From: a candidate division FCPU426 bacterium
GTDB taxonomy: Bacteria; Oederibacteriota; Muellerivitia; Muellerivitales; Muellerivitaceae
Direction: 5' to 3'
NCBI GenBank assembly: GCA_963719085.1
Contig: CAVRAL010000001.1
Location: 864,001-928,000, forward strand
Length of the DNA: 64,000 nucleotides
Shown: piece after piece, positions 49,892-59,401 of the stretch
Position numbering within the stretch: the first letter of the stretch is position 1
How the letters are laid out: each line of letters begins with the position of its first letter
Notes under the pieces: model-generated
The model's input: only the letters and a program-made list of their open reading frames with translations
Databases searched by the model: none
What the model was told of the DNA's origin: nothing
Made by a program: the position numbers and the translations under genes

Positions 49892-49945
49892 GGGTAACTC
49901 AAACGGAAGGGTCTCCCTTTCGCTTGAGTTTAACCCACTTTATCC

Positions 49946-52900
49946 TCAATGAAGAACGATGACTTTTCCGGTTTTGTGGTAATCGAATGATCTGTTTGAA
50001 ACTTCGATGGCGTAAAGATACAGTCCGCTGGCCACATCCGCTCCCTCTCCATTGTTTAACTTCCAAATGAGGTTATTAAGCCCGACGGTTCCTGTCATTT
50101 TCCCCTCATAGACCTTTTCCCCCGAGATGGTGTAAAGAATCAGCTCAATTTGGGCCTCTTGAGTCAATTGCACTTGGAACCGAATCGGCTCCTCATCCGT
50201 GGAGATGTTCGGTATTGCTAAAACTGAAACAGTATCTTCAGGAGCCGTTGTCGGGGTCGGTGTAATAGGCAACGTTGGAGTCATAGTCAATGTCGGCGAA
50301 GAGGTTGGCGTTTCCGTGATATGAGGTTCGGTAATTGAAACCGCTTCAGCCATGGCAATCTCTCCCGAGGGGGTTGGAGTTTTCGTCGGCGTTCTAGTCG
50401 GCGTAATCGTAGGCGTTTTCGTCGGTGTTTTGGTTATCGTTGGAGAAAACGTTCGCGTTATCGTCGGAGTCATCGTAATTGTCTTTGTTTTGGTAGGCGT
50501 CCACGTCGAAGTTTTACTGGGCGTGATCGTTGGCGTCCGGGTGATCGTCGGAGTTCTGGTTATGGTCGGAGTTTGAGTCACCGTCTTGGTAGCCGTCGGG
50601 GTCTTCGTAACCGTTGAAGTCCGGGTGATCGTCAGCGTAAAGGTGACAGTTCGAGTAAATGTTGGTGTAGTGGTAGCCGTTATAGTGGGCGTAAAAGTTC
50701 CTGTTTTCGTAATAGTCGGCGTTGCAGTCGACGTAATCGTCGGTGTCAGACTCGGCGTCAAAGTGGGTGTTCCTGTTGTTGTCGCCGTGATTGTCATCGT
50801 GGGCGACGGCGTGTTTGTCGAAGTAAAGCTTGGTGTAGGCGTAATAGTTGGTGTACTTGTGAAAGACGGCGTTTGGGTGGCTGTAGTAGTAAAAGTAGCC
50901 GTATTAGTCGGAGTAATCGTAAAAGTAGGCGTGGCCGTTGAAGTCGCTGTCGGGCTTTGGGTTGGCGTCTGGGTGGAAGAAATTGGACAATTCAGTCCAC
51001 AGGGCGAGAATTTTTGAACCCTGTCGGAGATCAATTCCGTGGTGTAAAGGTTATTGGAGCTGTCAAAAGCAATTCCGTTCACTTGGTTGAATTGGCTATT
51101 ACCCGTCGGCGCGAAAGTCCCAAGGTAAGAACCGGTATTCGTGAAGGCTTGGATATTGTTATTCTGCCAATCGGTCACATAGACGTTTCCGCAAGGGCCC
51201 ACCGCCACCCCGTAAGGACCATAAAATTGGTCAGTCCCCGAACCTTGCGATCCCCATTGAGTGATATAGGTCCCACCAGTTGTAAATTTTTCAACCCGAT
51301 CATTCGAGAAAGGCGGTCCAAAAGTGGTTCCACGATAATCAACAATGTAGATGTATCCTAATCCATCCAGCGCGACCCCCAACGGATCATTAAACTGACC
51401 ATTTCCGGCGCCATTACTTCCCCATTGAGTCACATAGCCATTAGATGAATTGAATACTTGAATTCGATAATTTCTGGAATCCGAGACATAAGAATTTCCA
51501 CTTCCATCGACCGCTATCCCAACGGGCCCTTCAAACATGCCGTTTCCACTTCCAGCCGTACCCCATTGCGTTACATAAGTTCCACCTGAAGTTAAAACCT
51601 GGATACGATTATTGCCAAAATCCGCAATATAAACATTCCCACCGGGACCTATCGCTATCCCAGCGGGCTGATTGAATTGGCCAACTCCACTTCCGGCTGT
51701 CAAACCGCCCCAGGTCGCCAACCACGTTCCACTAGTGGTGAATTTTTGAATTCGATTATTCGTCGTCTCTGACACATAAACCCAACCATTCGCCGAATCC
51801 ACCGCGATATTAGCCGGTTGAATGAACTGGCCATTGCTCGTTCCATACCCGCCCCACTGAAGGCTGGGACAAAACATCGGTTGCGGCGTGGGCGTGGGCG
51901 TCGCCGTCGGGGCGCCCGGCGTGGGGGTCGCCAGTTCACAACAAGGGGAATTCCAAGTCCAAGGTGTGGTACTGGTATCATTCGTCAAAACACTCCACAC
52001 ATACCCCAGGTATGAAATCACAATTCCAGTACCCGAAGAGAACGAAAAGGGCGTCGCCGTATCCGTCTCACTCCAATTAGCCCCATTCGTCGAAACCCAA
52101 ACATCACTCAAAGTTCCACCGCTACCCGTCCCTCCGACTATCCACATGGAATTACCGCATACCACACCCGAAGCTCCAAATCTTCCCGAGGTGAACGCGC
52201 TGTTGGTAGCCTGCGTCCAATTAATTCCGTCTGAGGAAGACCAAGCGTCGTTATAAGCAATTCCCGAAGCCCAACTTGAATAGGTTCCACCGATGACCCA
52301 CATTTGATTGTTGAACGTAAGACAGGTCGGACTCCATCTTGGGCCGAAATTGGCCGACGCACTCGTTTCCGTCCAATTGATTCCATCTGAGGAAGACCAA
52401 ACATCATTTAAATATTGATTCGTATAGGGATCACCGTAGCTCAAGGACGGATCGCCAGCAATCACCCACATTTTATTGTTGTAAGCCAAGAGCCCAAAAT
52501 CAAACCTGGGCGGAAAAGGCGCGGCCGATGTCACTTTTGTCCAAGTCGATCCGTTGCTGGAATGCCAAACATTCGAAGTTGTCCCTCCGGGACCCGCATA
52601 AGCATAAACTCCACCCACCACCCATATCTGGCCATTGAAAACCACCGACTGCTCGCCTTGCATATTTTGCGGACTTATGGGTATGGTTCCCACCAGCGTC
52701 CAATTAATACCATTGAACGAAGAATAGGCTTGGCCCCCTGAAGTAATCACCCACATCCTCGGCCCTAATCCATCCTGCGGATCAAATACAAAATTGTTAC
52801 CCGCCGAACCCAATAAATCAGTTGGCGCATTGGTCGTCAACGATGTCCATGTATTTCCCGGTTGGCCCGCTGCGCACATTCCAAATGTCGGTGTCGGCGT

Positions 52901-54844
52901 CGGGGATTGAGGAGTATAGGTGGGACTAGGGGTGAATGTAGGCGTGGGAGTAAAAGTTGGCGCAAAACCTTGAAGATCATCGAACAAGTTGCACTGCGGA
53001 CTCCCCAAACCCGTGGTCAGGTCATAACCGGAAACGGCTTGATATTGGCTTGGAACGGTACCCCAATAATTGTTACTACCAATTTGAATGTCATGAAAAT
53101 CGTTGGCATAATTCGTCAACGCCAATGAATATAACGCGGGATTCGCAAAACCAATCGGTCCCTTCCCAGCGGATGCCGCTTGTTGATTAACCAAAGCCAT
53201 AAATCCCGCCCAAAGAGGCGCGGCAGCACTGGTTCCGCCAGTGCCATAAGCTTCACCCATGAAATAAAACATGATGTCATCCGCGACTAACGCGACGTCC
53301 GGAATATTCCGATACAAAGACGACGCGGAGTTCGTGCCATTCACAAATGGCACTTGATACGTCGGGATCGGAACTGGGGTGTAAATCGGCCCGCCACAGA
53401 TTCCACCACTACTAACCTCGTTGGGTGCTGGCGTAAGGGTCGCCGAGGGACCCGGAGAATCATTCCAAACCGTTTCCCCCGACCAAGTTTCGTTACTTCC
53501 AGTCGCTAAATTGGTTCCACCGACAACTGTGAAATTTGAAAGTTGATCCATGGGCGCTTCGATGACCGGCTGCGGGTCACTGGTGACATAGGCGCCTAAA
53601 TCACCTGAAGCCTGGAAAAAGGATTGTCCATCCGCTTGAAATTGGAGAATTGAAGTTTGTAAGTTACCATCTGTGGAATAAGTTGGCCATGACCATGAAC
53701 TGCTAATGAGATTACAAAATGGGGCATTTATAGAACTAGGGTTGGCTATAGCGGCAAAAACATCATCAGGTATAAAATTATTGTCATTACCTTCAAAAAC
53801 CGCTAACTGGGATAACCCCGGCGCCATCGCAATTACCATCTCTACATCCAGGGTCACTTCACTGGTATAGGCATAAGGACTTTGTGGTGGATTCGCGTCC
53901 GGAACTCCACTGAATCCATCCAATAAGTAGTTGTTTATGGAAAGTGTCGGAGCAGGCAATCCATAAGCGACCGCGGCGCTCTCGTAGTTGTTAATGTCAT
54001 TTGATAGATACCCGTCAAATTCCACCAAGGCAACCGATTGGCCTGTTCCAGTAAGAGAAACACAGGGTACATAAGCCTTCCTGAAATCCTCACCAATATA
54101 ATAACCGTAAAAAGAACCATCGAGAGCGTTTGTGGTCAGATTTCCCTTTTCAGCTCCTGGCGAAGTTTTTACGGACTTCGACGGACTCAGAGAGGACGGC
54201 AAAACATTCCGAGTAGATTTCATCGACGACTTTGGTTGTTCATAATTTTCAAGTCCGCTAATATGCAAAATCGGGACGTCCAAATCCAGGGAAGGCTCCA
54301 CATCGGACGCACGAAACAAACTACCATCGGGCCGTTTATAATTATTCAGATGCAAATAAAAAGTTTTTTCAATGTCGGCGGCGGTTCCACTGACATCAAT
54401 CAAGGCTCGATTGGTATATGCCCTCTGTATCTTTAGATTATGAGAGATTAAAAAATTCTCTACCGCTCTAAAATCAGATTCAGTCGGACCAAACATTTCC
54501 GTAAATTTTTCCGGAGTTAAAAACTTTCTGAAGTTTAGGCTTTTAGGATCGTAAATATCCTTCAATAGGTATTGCAAAGCTTCCTGGTTTCTCAACGGCA
54601 AGCCGATAGCGAGATTCAGTTGAGTGGAATCGGGAACACTCCCGACCAATTGTGAAATGATTCTCGCCGGAAGCATATGACCGTGAAGCTGTTGCCTACC
54701 AGTCGCCTGAGCGTAGGAGGGAAAAACGACAGTCAAAAACATCAAGAGTAATGTCAGATTTAAACCGAAATGAGATTTCCGTGAGTGGTTTGGGGAAGGA
54801 TTCAGTTTTCGGTTCATTGTCTTCGGCACCATATATAAATCCAT
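49946..54844 (-). CDS. Multidomain S53 (sedolisin) protease: pro-domain, catalytic domain, Kelch-like and NHL propellers, T/P stalk, T9SS-like C-terminal tail
   Basis: EVTLD, ASGDLG, GGTSAAAP catalytic motifs; MWVIGG-type repeats; NHL repeats; ~200 aa T/P stalk; ASGLYLY...GKVIVLH tail; start uncertain. Confidence 0.9.
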   Translation of the reverse strand: MDLYMVPKTMNRKLNPSPNHSRKSHFGLNLTLLLMFLTVVFPSYAQATGRQQLHGHMLPARIISQLVGSVPDSTQLNLAIGLPLRNQEALQYLLKDIYDPKSLNFRKFLTPEKFTEMFGPTESDFRAVENFLISHNLKIQRAYTNRALIDVSGTAADIEKTFYLHLNNYKRPDGSLFRASDVEPSLDLDVPILHISGLENYEQPKSSMKSTRNVLPSSLSPSKSVKTSPGAEKGNLTTNALDGSFYGYYIGEDFRKAYVPCVSLTGTGQSVALVEFDGYLSNDINNYESAAVAYGLPAPTLSINNYLLDGFSGVPDANPPQSPYAYTSEVTLDVEMVIAMAPGLSQLAVFEGNDNNFIPDDVFAAIANPSSINAPFCNLISSSWSWPTYSTDGNLQTSILQFQADGQSFFQASGDLGAYVTSDPQPVIEAPMDQLSNFTVVGGTNLATGSNETWSGETVWNDSPGPSATLTPAPNEVSSGGICGGPIYTPVPIPTYQVPFVNGTNSASSLYRNIPDVALVADDIMFYFMGEAYGTGGTSAAAPLWAGFMALVNQQAASAGKGPIGFANPALYSLALTNYANDFHDIQIGSNNYWGTVPSQYQAVSGYDLTTGLGSPQCNLFDDLQGFAPTFTPTPTFTPSPTYTPQSPTPTPTFGMCAAGQPGNTWTSLTTNAPTDLLGSAGNNFVFDPQDGLGPRMWVITSGGQAYSSFNGINWTLVGTIPISPQNMQGEQSVVFNGQIWVVGGVYAYAGPGGTTSNVWHSSNGSTWTKVTSAAPFPPRFDFGLLAYNNKMWVIAGDPSLSYGDPYTNQYLNDVWSSSDGINWTETSASANFGPRWSPTCLTFNNQMWVIGGTYSSWASGIAYNDAWSSSDGINWTQATNSAFTSGRFGASGVVCGNSMWIVGGTGSGGTLSDVWVSTNGANWSETDTATPFSFSSGTGIVISYLGYVWSVLTNDTSTTPWTWNSPCCELATPTPGAPTATPTPTPQPMFCPSLQWGGYGTSNGQFIQPANIAVDSANGWVYVSETTNNRIQKFTTSGTWLATWGGLTAGSGVGQFNQPAGIAIGPGGNVYIADFGNNRIQVLTSGGTYVTQWGTAGSGNGMFEGPVGIAVDGSGNSYVSDSRNYRIQVFNSSNGYVTQWGSNGAGNGQFNDPLGVALDGLGYIYIVDYRGTTFGPPFSNDRVEKFTTGGTYITQWGSQGSGTDQFYGPYGVAVGPCGNVYVTDWQNNNIQAFTNTGSYLGTFAPTGNSQFNQVNGIAFDSSNNLYTTELISDRVQKFSPCGLNCPISSTQTPTQSPTATSTATPTFTITPTNTATFTTTATQTPSFTSTPTITPTPSFTSTNTPSPTMTITATTTGTPTLTPSLTPTITSTATPTITKTGTFTPTITATTTPTFTRTVTFTLTITRTSTVTKTPTATKTVTQTPTITRTPTITRTPTITPSKTSTWTPTKTKTITMTPTITRTFSPTITKTPTKTPTITPTRTPTKTPTPSGEIAMAEAVSITEPHITETPTSSPTLTMTPTLPITPTPTTAPEDTVSVLAIPNISTDEEPIRFQVQLTQEAQIELILYTISGEKVYEGKMTGTVGLNNLIWKLNNGEGADVASGLYLYAIEVSNRSFDYHKTGKVIVLH

Positions 54845-55176
54845 TCAAAAACATGTTCAAAACATACGATAGACGCGCAACGATTGAACGAAGAATAATC
54901 CAGAAAAAAAATACTTCAACAAAATTCTTTGTTAACTAAATAATAACTGCACTAAAACTGACCGGTCGCAATGAGCCACATCAGCAACGCCGGAATTAAA
55001 CCGATTTTACATTCAAGGTTTTCCGATTAACTAAAAATCAGAAACTTAAAAATAATCAGCTTCATTGGATTTATTTTTTTAGATTAGTTCGATTGCAGAG
55101 TTGGAAAAACAATGGATTACAATTGGTCTAAATCGCGATTCGAAAAATCCGAGTTGACTTAAAAGAGTACTCAAAT

Positions 55177-55211
55177 AAAAAAAGCCCACATCCTTTCGGA
55201 TGTGGGCTTTT
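55177..55211. terminator. Rho-independent terminator
   Basis: aaaagcccacatcc-tttc-ggatgtgggctttt perfect hairpin. Confidence 0.88.
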
Positions 55212-55222
55212 ATGCTTAGTCG

Positions 55223-56764
55223 TTATGGTATTAGAGTAATGTCGTCCACCCAAAGGTCAAAGTTTCCGGCACCTTGCGGTTGCCATTGCATTTGCCCGAC
55301 TTGAGTCGTATCCACGGGATGCGCAGGAGCACCACCGCAACTTCCCCCTGAATATGTGGCCGCAGTCGTCATTGCACTGAACGTAATCGTCACCGGTGTC
55401 CAGGCAGCGCTCGCGGAGAGCGCAGAAGCAAGCTGGTTTGGCGGATAACAAGAACCACCACCATTCCAATTCTCCTCATCTGTTATGGCGAATTGATAAC
55501 TGGTACTCGTGGCGCTACGGACATAAAAGGCAACTTTTGTATAAGAGGAAATATCATTTGAGAACGTGTTCGAAGCCCCTAACCAAAAACCCATTCCGCA
55601 ATAAGCCGTTTCAGTTCCTGAAATATGAGCAGCCAGACTATTTCCGCCAGTGTGGCCCGGCGCGCTCAAGAAAAACGCCGTACCTGGCTCTCCCAACGGA
55701 CACATATTGGCTTCTGTTCCACTATAGGGCGGCACGTTTGGACTTGGCCCATCTCCATAGGCAAACCAGTATCCTCCAGCTCCGGCACCATATTGTATTT
55801 GAGCGGTTCCCGTTACATTGGTATTGTTCATTACCGCTTGGAAATTATCGATAACGTTCGCCGCTGGCGGAGTCGCAGCCGCAGGGGCGGCAGCGTTGGT
55901 GAAATGAATATCGTCCAAGGAGATGTCCGCGTCGTAATTTGTCGTCCCATTACTCTGGGGAACAAACTTAACCGTGGATAAACCCGTAGGGTCGACATTG
56001 GACCCAGTCTTGCTCAAGGCTTGATTGTAAAAAACCGTGTATTGCTTCCAAGTATTCGTTAACGGAATCGCCACGTAATGATCAGTAGAAGTAGCCGCGT
56101 CAACAAAATCAACGTTGACCACTTGAACTTGTGTGCAATTGGTCGCCGGGAAACTATTAGCGATCGCATAAAAGCTGATGCCCGTATAGGTTGAGCCAAC
56201 CGTCGCGTCATAAGCGGTTCCACCGCTTAAAAATGTAAAATAAAGTTGATCATAGGTTGAATAGGACCCCGAAAGCTCAACAGCAGTCGTGGAAACGTAT
56301 CCGGTCGTAGGAGTAAAGGTTACAGAAGCTCCATCCGAGTTAGCTCCCCAGTATCCAGTTCGAGCGACTGAGTTTTGATCTGTAATCGCTGCGATATTGG
56401 CTACGTTATCCTGGCCTGCTCCCCCGGTTGATTCAAAATCATCGATCAATGTCAGATCCGGAGTGTTTGTGGCCGTAGGAGTAGCGGTTGCTGTAACCGT
56501 TGGCGTCGAAGTTATTGTAAAAGTATTTGTCGGAGGCGCCGGAGTGTTGGTAATGGTAAAGGTCGCCGTGGGACCATTCGGGGTCGGAGTGATGGTCGGC
56601 GTTAAGGTAGCTGTCGGCGGAATCGGCGTAAAGGTATTCGTCGGAGAAGTGTTCAAGGGGATGGTCGGGAGAACCGATATCTGGCGTGTGCAACCCAAGA
56701 ATAAACCGGTTAAAGAGACGCCGATTAAGGTAAAGCAAATCGCAAGATTTCTCCAGATTCTCAT
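55223..56764 (-). CDS. Lipoprotein with T/P stalk and two tandem CBM11/CIA30-like carbohydrate-binding domains
   Basis: Lipobox FLGC; two units from IDDFE/IDNFQ..GYW to LDDIHF/VDDITL; no catalytic domain seen. Confidence 0.72.
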   Translation of the reverse strand: MRIWRNLAICFTLIGVSLTGLFLGCTRQISVLPTIPLNTSPTNTFTPIPPTATLTPTITPTPNGPTATFTITNTPAPPTNTFTITSTPTVTATATPTATNTPDLTLIDDFESTGGAGQDNVANIAAITDQNSVARTGYWGANSDGASVTFTPTTGYVSTTAVELSGSYSTYDQLYFTFLSGGTAYDATVGSTYTGISFYAIANSFPATNCTQVQVVNVDFVDAATSTDHYVAIPLTNTWKQYTVFYNQALSKTGSNVDPTGLSTVKFVPQSNGTTNYDADISLDDIHFTNAAAPAAATPPAANVIDNFQAVMNNTNVTGTAQIQYGAGAGGYWFAYGDGPSPNVPPYSGTEANMCPLGEPGTAFFLSAPGHTGGNSLAAHISGTETAYCGMGFWLGASNTFSNDISSYTKVAFYVRSATSTSYQFAITDEENWNGGGSCYPPNQLASALSASAAWTPVTITFSAMTTAATYSGGSCGGAPAHPVDTTQVGQMQWQPQGAGNFDLWVDDITLIP

Positions 56765-56805
56765 GAACGGACCCCCGGGGTTAATTTAACTTATCTCTGT
56801 AATGG

Positions 56806-56820
56806 GCATATTGGGTGCCA
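56806..56820 (-). promoter_or_regulatory. Putative sigma54 (-24/-12) promoter
   Basis: TGGCACCCAATATGC: GG-N10-GC with TGGCAC, ~40 nt before the ATG. Confidence 0.6.
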
Positions 56821-56873
56821 AAAGCAACGTCATAAATTACCACAAATAAGGCTTTTTTCAATAAGGCGGACCC

Positions 56874-56887
56874 TGAAAACGGTTTCA
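56874..56887. promoter_or_regulatory. Putative LacI-family operator
   Basis: TGAAAACGGTTTCA near-perfect palindrome. Confidence 0.55.
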
Positions 56888-56955
56888 TGGGCTCCGAAAT
56901 GTCATAAAACAATCCAAAAGCGTGGGCTTTCTGACTGAGTTTACCCTAGATACAA

Positions 56956-56992
56956 AGTACCCGGGCTTCGCCTAACGGCTACGCCGGGTGCT
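56956..56992. repeat. REP-like hairpin, family C
   Basis: agtacccgg-gcttcgcctaacggctacg-ccgggtgct; same CTTCG/CTACG core as the hairpin near 32005. Confidence 0.6.
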
Positions 56993-57027
56993 CCAAACCC
57001 ATTATTAAAATTTCAATGAAGTTTGGA

Positions 57028-59187
57028 TCATATGCCTTTCATTTTTAGGATGTTTCTCAGCTTTTCCTTCACATCCTCGTTATCCGGATCCTCGTTTAAA
57101 ATTCTCTCATATATCTTGAGTGCTTCCACGAACAAGCCCTGCTTGGCGTAAATATCGGCCAAAGTTTGACGGATAAAGGGATCCTCGAGCGAATCGCCGC
57201 CCACCCCGGTTCCCAACTGGGCCGCCGGCACCCCCGCGGGCCCGGAAGGTTTCGAAACCGCGGGCGCCGGCAAAGGCGGCGGGGCCGGGGGCGCGGTCTT
57301 CTTTTCCCGTTCCTTTTCCTGCCGTAAACGTTCCATTCCGTGGGAAATTTCCTGGTTCACCTGCGCCCGGGCGGTTTCGTGGACCTTTTTTTGCTCCTCA
57401 AACTTGGCCCGTTCTTGTTCCTGTTTTTGAAGCGCGGCCTGGAGTTGGGCTTCCCGCGCGGCGTCTTTTTCCCGGCGCTCTTTCTCGGCGGCTTCCGACT
57501 GGGCCCGGTCCTTCATTTCCCGCTCGAGTTGCTCCCGGATTTTCTGCTCATAGGACAGCTTGGTTTGTTCCAACTCATCCTTAATCTTATTGATGGATTC
57601 AAGTTTTTCCTTGTCGAGCCGTTCCCGCTCCTGCAGCAGCTTCATTTGCTTTTCCTCGAATTCCTTCGAGATCTTCTCGCGCAGCTCGTCTTCCTTCGTG
57701 CGCTGGACCTGCTCCATGAGTTTGGATTCCAGGTCCTGCTTCAACCGCATCTGCTCCAATTCCCGCTTCATCTCAGCCTCGAACTGCCGCTCTTGGGCGT
57801 ACCGCTTTTGTTCCTCGGCCAACCGGCGGGTCTGCTCTTCCATTTCCTTGCGCATCTGTTCCTTGAGCTCACGTTCCAACTCGGCCTTGATCTCCTCGGG
57901 CGAGGGGTGTTTCTCCACCGGTTCGGCGGCCCGGGCCATCAAGGCGTAGACCTGCTGCAGCCGGGTGCGGATTTCCGGCCACTCCGGCCAGCGCTTGAGC
58001 ATGTCGAGGTAAACGTCGATCGACTGCTCAAACAAGCCCTTCTCCGAATAGGACTCGGCCTGGGCCAGCATGTTCTTTTTATCCTGCTCGTCGTCATTGG
58101 GAGTCGCGGCCACGGCCGCTTCCGGAGCCGGAGGCTCCTCGGGAATCGGGGCTTCCAGGGGCGGCGGATTCAACCCCAGGGTATAGGTTTTGACGTCCTC
58201 ATTTTCCGGATCCATTTCCAGGATCACGCGCTGGATATCCCTCGCCTCGTCCAAAAGGTTCTCGCTGAAATAAACGTTGAGGATTTTGAGATAAACGCTT
58301 ACCGCCTGGGGCGCCTGTCCCAATCGCGCGTAAGCCATGGCCAAATATTTCAAGGCACCGACATGGTTTTCCTGTTTGGCTAAAAACTTCTCGAAAGCCG
58401 ACCGGGCTTCCTCGAATTTTTGCTGGTTGAAGTAGATGACACCCAAGTGGTAGTAGGTCTCGACGTCGCCCAGTTGGATGGAACGCTGGGCCGTTTTCTC
58501 GGCTTTTTCCAAATCGTTTTTGCCGATATAAATCTCGACCAAGTTTTGAAGGCTGGAAACCGCGGCGTCGATTTGCTTGGCTTCCACCAAAAGATCGCTT
58601 AATTTTTCCCGGGCCTCGATGTTGTAGGGGTCCCAAGCGGTCACCGTTTGAAGGATGTCAACCAGCTTTCCCGTTTGGGTGGCCGGGTCCAAAAGCGAGG
58701 CCAGGTTCATCAAAAGCTCGATGGCCTCAAACTTCTGGCCTTTTTTCATCAAAAGCTTGGCCAGCTGAATATTGACATCCAGGCGGGCGGGTTCGGCTTT
58801 CAGGATGGAGCGGTAAATGTCGGCGGCTTTGTCGGGCTCGGCCTCCTCGGCCTGGGCGGCCTTTTCCATGTAACGGTCGATCAAGTTTTTGACCGCGGCC
58901 AAAAGCTCGGTGTCGTTGGGCATCAGCTTGAGCATGCGCTTGTAGACCTGCAGGACCTTATCGACCTGGTTTTTCTGGTCGAAGCCCTGCGCCACGAGGT
59001 CATATTGTTTGAGGGCTTCCTTGGCGTCGCCTTTTTTGGCGTAAATATCCGCCAACATGTTGTGGACGTTGAGGTCCTTCGAGTCCATCTCGGCGAGTTT
59101 GTGGTATTCCTCGATAGCCCTATCCCAATCACCTTTTTGGTAATAGGAATAGGCGGTTTTAATTAGGGCTGACTTGTCCTCGGGCAA
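57028..59187 (-). CDS. Large cytoplasmic TPR / coiled-coil protein
   Basis: N-terminal TPR array, E/K/Q coiled coil, Pro linker, C-terminal TLADIYAKQG TPR; GAAGGAG RBS, TTG start. Confidence 0.85.
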   Translation of the reverse strand: MPEDKSALIKTAYSYYQKGDWDRAIEEYHKLAEMDSKDLNVHNMLADIYAKKGDAKEALKQYDLVAQGFDQKNQVDKVLQVYKRMLKLMPNDTELLAAVKNLIDRYMEKAAQAEEAEPDKAADIYRSILKAEPARLDVNIQLAKLLMKKGQKFEAIELLMNLASLLDPATQTGKLVDILQTVTAWDPYNIEAREKLSDLLVEAKQIDAAVSSLQNLVEIYIGKNDLEKAEKTAQRSIQLGDVETYYHLGVIYFNQQKFEEARSAFEKFLAKQENHVGALKYLAMAYARLGQAPQAVSVYLKILNVYFSENLLDEARDIQRVILEMDPENEDVKTYTLGLNPPPLEAPIPEEPPAPEAAVAATPNDDEQDKKNMLAQAESYSEKGLFEQSIDVYLDMLKRWPEWPEIRTRLQQVYALMARAAEPVEKHPSPEEIKAELERELKEQMRKEMEEQTRRLAEEQKRYAQERQFEAEMKRELEQMRLKQDLESKLMEQVQRTKEDELREKISKEFEEKQMKLLQERERLDKEKLESINKIKDELEQTKLSYEQKIREQLEREMKDRAQSEAAEKERREKDAAREAQLQAALQKQEQERAKFEEQKKVHETARAQVNQEISHGMERLRQEKEREKKTAPPAPPPLPAPAVSKPSGPAGVPAAQLGTGVGGDSLEDPFIRQTLADIYAKQGLFVEALKIYERILNEDPDNEDVKEKLRNILKMKGI

Positions 59188-59401
59188 AGCGGGGAAACTC
59201 CTTCAAACGGGAGACTTGGAGAAAGCAATTTAACACATTCGGGCGCCGCTGCGCTATGCCGGACAAAACCGAGCTTCGCCGGAAAACGGCGCCACTGGGC
59301 AGGCGCCGATGTCGGGCGTTGAAAGGGCCGAAATAAGCGGCCGGGATGGGTCGAAATGCCGTGAAAAGCGGGCATTATTCCCCACCCCGCCAAACCCCGC
59401 T

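Noticed and set aside
50352..51017. Val/Gly-rich ORFs or a DNA tandem repeat
   Set aside because: Antisense of the Thr/Pro stalk; codons vary, so it is protein low complexity rather than an exact DNA repeat.
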